Below, piece by piece: positions 24,871 to 37,715 of a DNA stretch of 64,000 bases (position 1 is the stretch's first letter; each line of letters opens with the position of its first letter). The position numbers were made by a program, and so were the translations under genes. Source of the stretch: Squalus acanthias (taxonomy: Eukaryota); contig CM059439.1 in the NCBI GenBank assembly GCA_030390025.1, forward strand, positions 31,992,001 through 32,056,000, given 5' to 3'. The notes under the pieces were generated by a model, which worked only from the letters and a program-made list of their open reading frames with translations, did not search any database and was not told the origin of the DNA.

Positions 24871-25860
24871 GGAGAAGGGAGAAATTGGCAGAGGAATTTT
24901 TTGTGGAGAAGAGAAAACTTATGAAGAAATATTACCATGATAAATCTTAAGCAGTGTCTATCCATCAAGTTGGTAAGTTAGTAAATTTCTAGTGCCATAT
25001 AACAGAACAGTTTTAAATATTCTCTGTGTTTCAAAGTAGCCCAATGGTTAAAGAGTAATAGATATGTTTTAAGTTCATTATTTATTTTAATTAACAAAAT
25101 AATGATTTTGTTTTAATTCTATTGACACTCTTTATTCATATCTAATAATATTCCAGTTACTTAGGCATAAAATAATTCACGAGTTATGAGGGAGAAAGTC
25201 TTGACTCCAGAGGAAAGGAGGCCATATTTGAAAAAAAGAAAGTGGTCTTGTAAATTCTCCTTTTAAAGGTCCTTGACATTAATATTCTCACAGCATCAAC
25301 AAATTCAGGAAAAAGGTCCCTGCAATAAAGGCTACAGTAGCTGCCAAAAGTTAGTCATCTCATGGTGCTGCCTTTTAACAGCTTATTCTTACACAGGATT
25401 GACGGGGGCCTGCGATATTTTCTGCTCCTTAATCCCACTCTGAAGGCAGCTGAAAGTCCTTGAAGAGTGCTTGTTTAACAAGGACTTAATTCTAACTTAA
25501 CTTGAAATGAGGCGCTCCAGGGACTAGACTGTTCTCATGCCAGTTAAAAGGCTCTGTCCCTCAGTCTCTCTTCCTAGTTCTCTCCATTTCTTTGAGCTTT
25601 TTGCACTCTCATATCTTTGTATCTTCTTTCTTTCATTTCCACATTTGAAATACTGTATCATTTTTAGTTTCTCAGGTCTCTTTTTCCTTTGTACCTTGCT
25701 CATTTCTTGCATGCAGATTTCTTTTTTTTCTCTCTTTTTCTTTCTGTCTCTCTCCTCTCTTTCCTTCCCCATTCTATTTTCCTTCTTGTTTATTTCCATT
25801 CTCTTTCATCCATCTTCGACATAGCTCTCTCATTTTTAACATTTACTCAGGCTCACTTAC

Positions 25861-25906
25861 CTTCACAGTCCCCTGGATTGTGCTGTCCTTCAACATGGAA
25901 TGCTTA
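25861..25906 (-). CDS. RNF220: RNF220 internal coding exon (46 nt, ~human exon 4): 1 nt+KHSMLKDSTIQGTVK
   Basis: tttcctgtttcttcaacag|TAAGCATTCC...ACTGTGAAG|gtaagt. It aligns to human KNSLLKDAMAPGTPK, and its phase (2 to 0) bridges the flanking exons exactly. Confidence 0.9.
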
Positions 25907-28900
25907 CTGTTGAAGAAACAGGAAATAATTATTTTACTTTATTGCAGTTCATGTCTTGCCCATTGTTCCATATCATTTTCTGCATGAGCACCATTACAAC
26001 ATGCTAATGCTTTTTGTTATTCATAATATTGCCCGGTATTATTTTTTTTTAAATCTCCCTACAGTGCAAACTGTTGCAAAGCACGTTGTAATTATTTATA
26101 TGTAGTGCGAAATAATCATATGTGTGTTTTGGCAGTTTCTGTATAACACATCACACAATAAATTGCATCTCATCTGAAAGCACATCAGCTGTCCAAACGC
26201 ACACATGTCAAAGTGACATTACTCCTGTTTAGCAGAAGAGAAAAAAGAAAAAAAATTGGATTTCAAGATTATCGACAGCCAGAGCTGAACAAGGTTTTAC
26301 CCATGTACCAAAATTCCAAGGTGTTTTAAATAGATTTAGGAGACAAAGTTGAGAGTTGCATTATAAAGGTCAGTTATCACATTGATTTAGAGGTCTGTGC
26401 AATATTACTTTGAGTCATTTGATAGCACATTAAAAGAGATAGCATCCTTTCTATTGCCACCTCTGGGATCTAACTAAAAGCGATTCAAGGAAAAATATAT
26501 AATCTGCTTAACATAAATGGTTTGTGCCTGTGATTCCCCACAAAGAGAATTCCTGAGCCGGGGGAGATGCAGGGAAAAAGTCAGTTGCTTCTCCACATGA
26601 AGAGGACACTTACTGTGAACACCTCCTGACAGGCAGCTACCGTCAGTAGCAGTTTGTAATTAAACAGGAAGACAGTTCACCCATTTCCTGAGCGTTTACC
26701 TGTGCCGCTCTTGAATCAGATGCTAACGGGTCTGCTCCCTACACCCTCTTAGTCTTTACCCTTAAGTGATCATTGATAGGGATTATATTAGCCTTTCAAA
26801 ATTGTTTGAATAATCAGTCAAAAAACTAAATAAATAAAGTTGGATGATGATTTTTATTTTTTGTCAACCAAAAATTGTCATTTTTCAAAAGTATTCCTTC
26901 ACGATCTTTCACTCCCCCCCCCCGCCCCCACCCCCCCCCCCCGCCACCCATGTACCACACAGAATTCCCACTTTAACCATTGATTAGTTGTGCAAACTGT
27001 AGCTGGTCACTCCCGTCTATTCGATCCCCATTTTCCTGGGGAACCTGTGGTACAGCAACAGAAACGACATAGGCTCACTATCATATCGATCACCAGCAGT
27101 TTAACTGGAGAGAGACAGGACTACCTCAGAGAGATCATGGAGTTGACAAAAATGATCATTAAAAATATATTTTTTAAAAACTACCCTCATTTGCAGGAGG
27201 ATAACAAGCATGCTACTCCTTTCCAAAATGTTTAATTTATCAGAAGTATTCACTTATGAGGGATTTACACTGTAACATTATTTCTTAAAAGTTATACATT
27301 TTCAATTATATGATAGCATTTATCAAAATATATAAACAATTTCATACTATTTTCATATTTTTTCCATCCTAAAGTTGAAGTATTTTATTTTCACCTCATC
27401 TTCAGAAACTGCAGGGCTGAGCTGATGATCTGCTATCATGCCTCCACCAGTTCTACCCTTAAACCATCTGCTGGGAGATGCATGAGGTCAACTGGAATTT
27501 CCTTCCTTCCCTCTGTTGGAGACCTTGACCTATGCCCAGGGATTGCACCCGATGGCACGGCCAAGACTGGAATGTTGTCCTGTCAGGAACTAAAAGTGTA
27601 AAAGTCTTTCCTCTCATTCCGTGGTGCAGCACCTTAGATAGAGTGTGGCCACGATCTACAATCACATCATCCTTTATTATTACAGTTAATTTACTGCCGT
27701 TAGAGAGATTGTACAAATAGCAGAAGTGATGACTTTTTTACTCAATGTGACTGTAATTTGGGCTGGAAACCTGTTAAAAAATGTGTAATCTGGCAAAAAC
27801 AAATTCAATTAATAGAAGTAAACAGCTAAAATAATTCAGCTAATAGGCTGCAGAGCGAAAGTGGTTCGGGATTTTCAATTTCTGCTCATATGGGACAATA
27901 ATAGTACTCATTTATCAGGTATTCACATATATCATTGCAGTAACAATAATTACAGAATTTGTTATATTCTAAATTACTGGCCATTTTTGACTATTATATT
28001 CCATGCATTATAAAGATAAAACCTGCCATCTCCAGATAGTTTCCTTTCTCTCAATAGCAACACACTGGCAAAATGTATTCTTCTATATTTTTTTTAGGCA
28101 AGACTCTCCCTTTTCAAGATGATTATTTTCTTCTCTGTGCTTTTCTTGGCCTCAACGCACTGCAAACCGAGGCTGTTGAGAGGGTAATCATGTGACTTGC
28201 TCCCAGGCTTCTCATGTACAGGAGAGTGGCCTCCATTTTTCCCTGTGGGGAAAGTGCTGGCTTTCATTCAGTACCTCTATACCACAGCATGGCTGAGTGT
28301 GTGGGAGTGTGGGGCCGGGGTGTGGTGGAGATCACAGGGTGAAGCTGTGTCTTTGTACTCCATGGTGCAGCATGTTGTTGTTTGAGGCATGGTACTGCCA
28401 TTCCCTGCACGCTCCACTTTCTCTTCTCTAGGTATCCCCATGCCATACGCATACCCGAAGATAAAATGTGCAGGAGACCGCCGCCAATCTCGTTCTGTAA
28501 TAGATTACCGCAAGGTTTGTAAGAGAAACCTCAGCAGGTTATTTCTACCTCTACTGATCCCTCTTTCTCTTTGGCGGAAGCACCTGGTCTTTCTTCTGTG
28601 CCTCCTTGTGGAATAAATGAGATTAAGAATTTACAGTTTGTGGAATTACTGGTGCAAATCCAATGGTGTACTCTGTGTATGTGCACTGAGGTACTACATC
28701 ACTGCGACTCTTAGAAGGTGACAGGAAAATAAATGTTGTAAGATTACAGCTATAATACAAGCAGGAGAACATCTACTTTACAGATATTCCCCTAGAATTG
28801 CCTTATCTCTGGAGAAGTGTGGGTGGGATTTTGCAGGGGGCTGTTATCAGGCGGGAGAATAGTACTGGGGCTCGACCAATGCTGTCTTTCCCAATTAGAG

Positions 28901-31299
28901 CTCCATCCCTTCAACCAGCCTCTGGGTAAAGTTTCACGCATAAACCCAGCTAAAAACTTTCACACTGTAAAACACCACACAATCAACACTACACCAAAGA
29001 AATGTGTGCAAAATACTGGCAGAGTAATAATGACAAACGGACAGACGTGTGTGATAGATTGTGACAAAACATATTTGGAACCGTTCTGGGAACATTCTTT
29101 TTTATTAGTTTTCTATAAAACAGATTACTAACCTTTAGAACGTATTAATCTGTATTCTAGCCAGGAAGAATTTTCTTATTAATTACCCTGAAGTAAAACT
29201 CTTCAATTATACATTTAAATTATTGAAGTTTCAATCTAATCTCTTATGAAATTTCCCCTTTTAGACAAGTTCAATTTGAAACAATTATACAGCTTTAGAA
29301 AATGAGTTGGAAATAAATTTTTTATTAAAGTAATTATGCAATGGCAGATGTACATTATTCTTTTACAAACGAAAACAGAGCACTGAGAAATAATGATTTT
29401 TTTTGTCACATCAAATTTGTAACTCTTTTCTCCTCCTTTCCTCATCACGGCACTTAACTGTTGAAAGATGTAGATGCTATAACATACATCTATCTACTTG
29501 AGAATGTATTGTACAAAAATTACATACTTATAGCACCAATGCCATCAGCCTCAGGGGGGAACCAGCTTACTATAAAGGCCAGATCTTAACTGCATCCGCC
29601 TTGCAACTTTGGGAATGACTGATTATAAGACAGCAAGTATTAAAAAGCATTGCTAAGCGCTGGTCGCCAATAAGGGAAGACAGATCAAATCATATCTGTG
29701 CTGCAGACACTAATATCCTAGACTGCAAACAGGGACATCAATAAATTTTTATGAGACTTTGAAAAGATCAACACAGTAGATGTGACAAAAAACAATGCTC
29801 CTGTCATGTTCAGTTTGTCCGCAGCGCTCAGCCGCAGATGCCTAAGAGTATGTCAGCGGAGCGAAATTTAATTTTACAAGATTAAATCCACCTTCATTTG
29901 GCAGATGGCCGGATGCCTTGAAATGAGCACTGAAGGTGTCTCTTGAAGACATGTGGTGCTAAGCTCCTCCAGGACATTTTGTTTTAAAGCAGCGCACAAA
30001 CCAGAGAGACAGAAAGAAGCTTCTAATATAAAGCAAGACTAATGTAATAAATGCATTATGGAAATGGAGAGTGTTATTGGGACAGAGAGAGGGAGAAAGA
30101 GAGAAGGAGGGGAGTGCTCGGATATAAAGTGGATTTGGAATTTCTCGCCGCCCTACTCCCCAGTCATGCATCTTGCTTTTCATCGTGTATATAATGCAGC
30201 CCGTGTGAGTTTTTTTCTGTCTTTCTTATAATCCAGTTTTCTGGATTTAAGGAAATAAAATCCCAAATCCACATACTTCTAAGGGAGCAGAGGGTTTACA
30301 ATTTGCCAGTGACAATCCGAAGGAGTCAAAAAGAGACTAACAGTTTGACAAAAAAAAGGGAAAAGAAAAGAAAAGGTACAAAGTGGAACAAATAGAAAAG
30401 GCAGATTATCTCTTTTTCTATAGAGTTGTTGTGAAACCCAGAGGACTGTATAGTTGAATAAGAGAATAAAAAGAGCGTTCTATGCTGTCTGGGAGGTGAT
30501 GTCAACTCTTCCGATAATTAATCCACTGAAAACAGAGGGACAGATTGTGCTGGTTGTCAGAATTCAGCTTTTCGCAAACGTCTGTAAAAGCCTGTTATGT
30601 ATTTTGTCTAATAATGTCAATGATTCTTTGCGTAAAATAGATCAAAGTTAAACCAATTAAAAATGATAAAAGACTTCTTTAACCTTTGGGGTGCTGATCA
30701 GTCCTCACAAACTAGCATGCAACAAAGTCAATAAATTCTTTGAAAAAGGAAAAAAATCCTGTATTTAGTTTTAAGTTTTTATCTTCTCAAGGAAATTATT
30801 GACTTGCTTTTAGCACTATAGAATGAAGAAGAAATGATTAATTGAAAACCACAAATGTTCAATGCGTAACCAATTGAATAATTGGATTTTGGACTGAAAG
30901 TTTCATATTCAGCGATTCTCCACCGTGTATCCTACTTATAACACAGGAGTGGGGATGAACAGCAGCACTTTCAACCACTTTCTTTAAATTATTTTCTTTC
31001 TTGTCCTTTTCTCTAAGGGTGAAGTGAGGCCACAGCCCCAGGAACATAGCTCGATTTCAAGTGTTTAAGTCCCTGTTGTATTCAACAAGCTTCGAGTCCA
31101 CTTTTGTTGTATAACAATACTGCAGTGTCCCATTTCTGATGATCAATATAATTAACTTTCCAGTCAATTTTATGCATTCAGAGTAAGCCACCCTGGGATC
31201 TCTGTGACTAAGAGATCATATAAGACTAGGAGGTAGACACACACCATAATATTCACTCACTGACAACGTCGCAGCACCGCTACCTTCCTAAAGACCAAT

Positions 31300-33330
31300 A
31301 GAACCACAGAAGTTTACAGCACAGAAGGAGGTCATTTGTCCCATTGTATCTGTGCTGGCACTTTGCTATAGTAATTCAAAACCAATTCCTCTGCCTTGTT
31401 CTCTCCTCATCTGCCATCTGTCTGCCCAATCCACTAAACTCTATGGGGGAGAAATTCAGTATCGCCCCGTCTGGGGCGCGATTATCGGCCGGGCGCAAAG
31501 TTTAGTGTCTGGCGCTAATTATCGCCTCCGACTGCAAACTTAACTTTTATCGCCCCTGGAGGTGATTGGAGCGCTAAATCAGGCGCTGCACACCTGTCTT
31601 AAGATGCAAAGACCGAGGAGCGAGGCGCTACCTCAGAGCGCTGGCGAAGCTCATGTGATGTCAGTCAGCAATGGAACACAGACACGCTGGCAACGGCCAG
31701 TTCTTAAAGGGGAGGGTCAATCTTGCTCTCCATCCACACCATGCTCATTGCAGCCTTGAATCTCGGCCTGGAGAGACCTGTACATCAAATCTGTTGGAAA
31801 GAACAATGGAGAGACCCAGCGAAAGAGCTCAGAGTGCACCCCCCATAGTTTCTTCTAAATCGATGCAAGGAAGATCAAATCAGAAAGAACCTGCAAAGTG
31901 CTGCTCAGTACCCAAAACTCCTCAACACAGCTTTGAATATCTCCTGCAGTCTCTCTCTCTCACTCAGAATGCGTGGTGCAAAAATTTCGCCGACAGAAAA
32001 AGGCAGGAAGCGGTCGCCTTTAAATAGCGCTCCCCCAGTCCCTTCCTGACTGCAAAACGCTCCCCTCAACCTGTCGTTGCTAGCGGCAGACGGTAAGACA
32101 GGGGGCGCCACTCAATATCCGGTCTGGGGCGCCACCGGGCGTTGGACGCGCGACTGACGTCACGATCTGCGGACGCAGGAGATCGTGGCGGTAGTGTTTA
32201 GCGCCACCGCAAAATGTCTAGTCAATTTCGTGAGCAGCGCAAACATTGCCGCGCACGGGCGCAAGTTGCTTTGCGCCCCATTAGCGCCCTCTTAAGGCGC
32301 TAACGGGAGGCGCAAACCAACTGAATTTTTCCCCCCATATGTCTTCCTGAAGTTTCTTTACAGTCCTCTTCAAAGTTTCCTAAACCCACTGCTGTTACAT
32401 CATCAGCAAATATCTCAAGATTGTGCTCCCTATATCGAAGCCCAAATCATTTACATATATATTGATACCAAAAATAGACCCAGCACTCACCCCTGGGGTA
32501 CACCACTTCCAACACTCTCCAGCCTGTGCAACACCCAACTCCTTGTTTCCTGACCATCAACCAACTTTCTAGCCATATTGCTACATTCTGTCTTATTCCG
32601 CACGCCTGAATTTTTCTAATAAGACTCTTACGAGACATGTTATTGAACACCTTCTGAAAATCCCTATGTACTACATCTACTGCATTCCTTTTATCTATCC
32701 AATCAATAACTTATTTCAAAAAACACTTAAATTTATGAAACACTACTTGCCTTTAACAGATCTGTGCTGGTTATCTTTGATTAACACATGCATGTCGTAC
32801 TAATTTGATCTCAAATTATGGATTCGAAGGGTTTGCCCACAACTGATATTCGACTAACTGAGCCATAGTTACCCAAGTTATCCTTACCTCCCTCCTTGAA
32901 CAAGGGGGTTATATCAGCTACTCTCCCGTCCCACGGCACCACTTGTGTATTTAAGGAGGATTGAAAAATTGTGCCAGTGCCTCTGCTATCCCCTGTCTGA
33001 CTTCTTTCAACAGCCTAGTAGCATGCAATCAAGGCCCTGTGACTTAACCATCTTGATCCCTGCTAATATTTTCAGAATCAGATTCTTTCCTACGCTTATC
33101 TGTAACAGAATGTAAATATGTTGGGGTCATTATTTAGTAATTGTTCTCCGACATTCACATCAATTATTTGCCCCAGTTCATTATCCAGGAGTAAATCAAG
33201 CACTACTTTTTTCCTCGTTAGACTAGAAACATCCTAATCTAGGAAGTAGTCCTGAATGCATTCCGAAAAGCATTCTCCACTTTGAATTAGTTAAAGCTAT
33301 TACATCACATCTCTCCATAGTTATTAATGC
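31300..33330 (-). mobile_element. Decayed CR1 ORF2 and 3' end, split by the 31445-32335 insertion
   Basis: CR1 tail at 31300-31400 (atagaaccacagaagtttacagcacagaaggagg). RT pieces such as LIRKIQACGIRQNVAIWLESWL and the gvpqg region lie at 32450-32700. Confidence 0.8.
31445..32335. mobile_element. CpG-rich non-autonomous TIR element (Harbinger-like)
   Basis: TIRs GGGGGAGAAATTCAG and CTGAATTTTTCCCCC. The right subterminal region is near-identical to 37210-37275. Confidence 0.8.
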
Positions 33331-33599
33331 TTCAAACTCTCATTTTGTTTTGAATGACTTGTGCACTCAATTCTGGCTCCAATTTTTTGGAACGTTGACC
33401 TTTATTTTTTTCCCCCTGGTTTTCTCATTTAAATTTTTGATATCACTGGTCTCCTCTACAACAGTGTTTATATCCCTCACGGCCTCGTGGTCTATTTCTT
33501 TCCCTTTCTCGTATCATTGTATTTTCTCACTATTTATTTTAATTAACCTTTCTGCTTCTATTCCACTAGCTTTAATAATCCTGTTGTCCCTCTCTAGTC

Positions 33600-34050
33600 T
33601 CAAACCTACACTTTCCCCAGCCCCCTGCAGTGTTAGTTTAAATTCCCCCACCACTGCTCTATCTACCATTTCTGCAAGGACATGGGTGATGCTTCGGTTC
33701 AGGTGAACATCCTCCCTTTAGTATAGCCTTCTCTTGTTCCAGAAATCTCTCCAGTGCCCTCAGAATATGAACCCTTTCTTCCTGCAACCACACATTGACC
33801 TTCCTAATTTTCCTCCTTTTAACCTGTCCAGCTTGTGGCACAGAAAACAATCTGGATATTCCCACCCTTGCAGTTTTGTTTTCCAATCTAGTGCCTAAAT
33901 CCATAAACTCGCTCTGCAATACTTCAAATGTACCTCACTCTATGTCATTAGTTCCAATGACATTTGGCTGCTCTCCCATGAGCTTTATAACCCTTTCACC
34001 TGGCACCAGGGAGGCAGCAACCATTCGGGACTCCCAATCACAACTGCAAT
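33600..34050 (-). mobile_element. CR1 ORF1 (SGNH esterase-like) remnant, probably the 5' part of the adjacent CR1
   Basis: ORF QSEFMDLGTRLENKTARVGISRLFSVPQAGQVKRRKIRKVNVWL resembles the vertebrate CR1 ORF1 esterase domain. Confidence 0.7.
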
Positions 34051-34417
34051 AAAGGCTCTGTATACCCATGTCCATAGCCTGCAATGTACTCACTAATATA
34101 ATAGCAGACCACAGTCTTGAAGTTGTAAAGATTTCAAAATATTTAACAAAATCATCTAAATTCTTGATACAGTTATTGTGTATTGAGTGTAAAATTATAA
34201 TTGGGTATCATTCAAAATATGTATTTTTGGAACATATATAAAGAGCCACAAGCAATATGTGTTATATCGGAGATATTTTTGCAAGAGTATGTTAAGAACT
34301 GGACTACTGAAATGCTTAATGTATTTGTACGAATTCCTTTGACCACTATTTAATCAGAGGCATGTCTTGTCTTGTCTCAGTTGAGTTGGCATATGTAGTC
34401 TAGCCAAAGTGCTCCGT

Positions 34418-34540
34418 CAAATTTGGCCAGGACACCGGTGATAACTCCCCTGCTCTTCTTCGAAATAGTGCCACGGGATCGTTTACGTCCACCTGAGAGA
34501 GCAGATGGGGCCTCGGTTTAACGTCTCATCCAAACGACGG
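34418..34540 (-). mobile_element. DeuSINE core fragment
   Basis: Approximate reverse complement of 49370-49485. Confidence 0.85.
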
Positions 34541-34605
34541 AACCAATTTAAAACATGTAAGGGGCAGGGGAACCTCTACTAATCTCTTTTCCATTGATGT
34601 CTTTT

Positions 34606-35285
34606 TCCCCCACCATCAACATCCTGGGGGTCACCATTGACCAGAAACTTAACTGGACCAGCCACATAATACTGTGGCAACAAGAGCAGGTCAGAGGCTG
34701 GGTATTCTGTGGTGAGTGTCTCACCTCCTGACTCCCCAAAGCCTTTCCACCATCTACAAAGCACAAGTAAGGAGTGTGATGGAATACTCTCCACTTGCCT
34801 GGATGAGTGCAGCTCCAACAACACTCAAGAAGCTCGACACCATCCAGGACAAAGCAGCCCGCTTGATTGGCACCGCATCCACCACCTTAAACATTCACTC
34901 TCTCCACCACCGGCGTACCGTGGCTGCAGTATGTACCATCTACAAGATGCACTGCAGCAACTCGCCAAAGCTTCTTCGGCAGCACCTCCCAAACCCGCGA
35001 CCTCTTCCACCTAGAAGGACAAGGGCAGCAGGGGCATGGAAACACCACCACCTCCAAGTCACACACCATCTTGACTTAGAAGTATATCGCTGTTCCTTCA
35101 TCATCGCTGGGTCAAAATCCTGGAACTCCCTACCTAACAGCACTGTGGGAGTACCTTCACCACACGGACTGCTTGTGGTTCAAGAAGGCAGCTCACCACC
35201 ACCTTCTCAAGGGCAATTAGGGATGGGCAATAAATGCTGGCGTTGCCAGCGACGCCCACATCCCATAAACGAATTTAAAAAAAAA
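34606..35285 (+). mobile_element. LINE 3' fragment, same family as 3008-4436
   Basis: ORF KAQVRSVMEYSPLAWMSAAPTTLKKLDTIQDKAARLIG, followed by the 3' UTR and an A-rich tail. Confidence 0.92.
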
Positions 35286-36149
35286 ATGTTTTTCTTATTA
35301 ACAAATATAATGCTGTTCTTTCACAGTAAGGGGTTAATAGAAACAATGGGTGTTACATCAGAGGTCATGATATATTCAAAAGTGTTACAGAGAGAGGACA
35401 TTTTATACGTTTCTGTGTAGTGAGGAACTCATAATCAATGCATGCTATACCTTGTGTCATGATATATCAGAGCGTGTAAGAGGGAGCGGCTGTTTGATAG
35501 GGTTCTTGTTGGTGAGGGACCCATAAACAAATCTAAACATAAACGAAGGTTGTAATATATCAGTGTTATAGAGAAGGGAATGCTCAGAGCTAAATGCTCA
35601 ATAATGAAACACTCATCTAAAACCTATCAGAAGAGTTCGCTTACATCAAATTTACCAGCTAAGAGCTGCAATAATACTTTTTCACACACACGCACGACTG
35701 CTATTAGCTTTGTACTTTTCATCCTCGTCAACTCAAGATAAGAAAATCATGTAAAAGCTTCTTTGCCATTATTTGCTGTTGCACAGTATACAACTGCTTT
35801 AATCTAATAACACTGTATTGCACGAAAGGATTTTTAATATATTTTTGCGGATCATGCTCTGACACAGTTTGTATAATACAGTTTTGTTAATCCTTTATAG
35901 GAAGATAGAAATGAGTAAAGGCTGTACAATTTATCCGCATCACCCACTTTAAGCCCAAGGATAGGACTTGCTCAGACCATTTTCACCTCTCCTGCCTTAA
36001 AATATCAAGCCCCTACCTCCCTACTCCCTACTCACAGAAATATGTCCATTTCTTTGCATGCTTGAACCAAATTCACTGGGATTTAAGTCCTGCCACTGTT
36101 CTTATTAGGCCTTCTAATGTAACACTGTATCCTTTGAATTTGAGTTCAC

Positions 36150-37715
36150 TAGCCTCCTATCCTCCCTTAATCCCTCCCTCCATGTAAACTCCCCAACCCA
36201 TATTCACGGCCACCCCCTCAACCTTGCCATCTCTCACGGCCTCGCTACTCCCATCGTGACAATCGCAGATAAAGCCATCTCTGACCACTTCCTCGTATCG
36301 CTCTTCACCCACATCCCCCTTCCACCCACCCCCAACCCTACTTCCTTCTGTGTCCACTCCTTGAAAAAACTCTCTCCCAACTCTCTTACAACTGCACTTA
36401 TGAAATCCTAACTGTCCAGCCTTTGGCCCTCCATTCACCATGACATTTCTGCAGCTACCGATCTACTCAACCACACCCTCACCACCACCTTTGATGCCCT
36501 AGTTCCTTCTAAAACACTTAGGGGGAAAAATTGAGTCTCGCCCCCCTTTGTGGCGCTAATTTCGCCTGGGCACTACTTTTAGCGCCCCGAAAAAATTGGT
36601 GTCCCCGCGGCCGAAATTCACCGGTAGTGCCCCAAGAGGGAAGCGGGGTGGTACTGGAAGCGCCCCTGCCTCCCTCTTGGGCCGCTGCAAGTGAATATCG
36701 CGGTGCTACGTGCCGCAGCGGCACGTCGCGCCGCAGTACTGCAGGCCTTCCTCCCCTTATTAAAGGGGAGGGGCCTAGCACAGCGCGACCCAGGGCCCAG
36801 CTGGGCCACCAGGGATTGGAGTGCCGGCAAAGGAGCCCGGCACTCAAGAGAAGTGCTGGGCTCATGGAGCGCAGCCGGCACTCCGCGGGGGGGGTTGCTC
36901 AGGAGGCCGGGGACGGCAGAGGGGACAGGTGCTGGCAGGCGGCCAGCAACAAAAATGGCCGCCCGGCACCTCCCATTTAATTAGTGCCGCCCCGGCCGCA
37001 GGTAGGCCCCCCTGACCCCGTCGGACATAGCGTCCGGCAGTAAGTCAGGGGGCGCTACCGAAGATCGCGGCCGGGGCACGAGCGGGGCGCTGCGCACGGT
37101 GATGACGTTATCGCTGGTGGCGCAGCGCCGCGGGGCACTAACGGTTACCGCCGCTGCTAACCTCCCGCTGAATTTCGCGGGAGGCGTTGGCGGTGCCGCG
37201 CCCAGGCGCTAGTTGCTTTGCGCCCCATTAGCGCCCTCTTAGGGCGCTAACAGGAGGCGCAAAGCAACCGAATTTTACTCTCTCTCACCCTGGCCGTTCC
37301 CCCTGATACGGCCCTCATCTTCGCTCCCTCAAATCCAAGGGACGCAGCCTTGAACGGATATGGTGGACAACTGGTTTAGCCATTCACCGCCAGATCTGGC
37401 TGGACCACATAAAGCATTATCGGGCCCTGCTCCAGAATCATTCTGGAATACAAAGATAAACCCTGGCTCCTATTCTCTACTGCTAACTATCTTCTTAAAC
37501 CCCTCTCCCCCTGTCTCCTCCACCCTCACCTCCGATAACAAGTGTGAGGAGCTCATGGACTTCTTTGTCTCTAGGATTGAGACCATCCGTTCAGCTGGCT
37601 CTGCCACTTCCTTCCTTCCCTTAGCCCACTGGGCCAAACCTCCTCTAAGGTTGCCCCCTGCCCTAGCCCTGAACTCACATCTTTCTCCAGTTTCTCTCCG
37701 ATCTCCCCTCATGAC
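36150..37715 (+). mobile_element. L2 LINE ORF2 fragment (endonuclease end and linker), split by the 36521-37274 insertion
   Basis: C/T-rich coding-like text (gccatctctgaccacttcctc, ISDHFL) and SDNKCEELMDFFVSRIETIRS. The sequence resumes colinearly after the insertion. Confidence 0.8.
36521..37274. mobile_element. CpG-rich Harbinger-like MITE nested in the L2
   Basis: Left end GGGGGAAAAATTGAG; right end shared with 31445-32335 but lacking the last Cs. TTA flanks both sides (36518-36520, 37275-37277). Confidence 0.78.

Noticed and set aside
28264-28500. Minus-strand alternative terminal exon of RNF220
   Set aside because: The acceptor is weak, and joining to exon 3 (ending TG) creates an immediate TGA. 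No homology recognised.
34716-35420. Longest ORF (234 aa) as a host gene
   Set aside because: It is a LINE ORF2 C-terminus reading through the 3' UTR.
36518-37280. CpG island or gene promoter with overlapping ORFs
   Set aside because: It is bounded by TIR-like ends and TTA, shares sequence with 31445-32335, and interrupts an L2, so it is a transposon.
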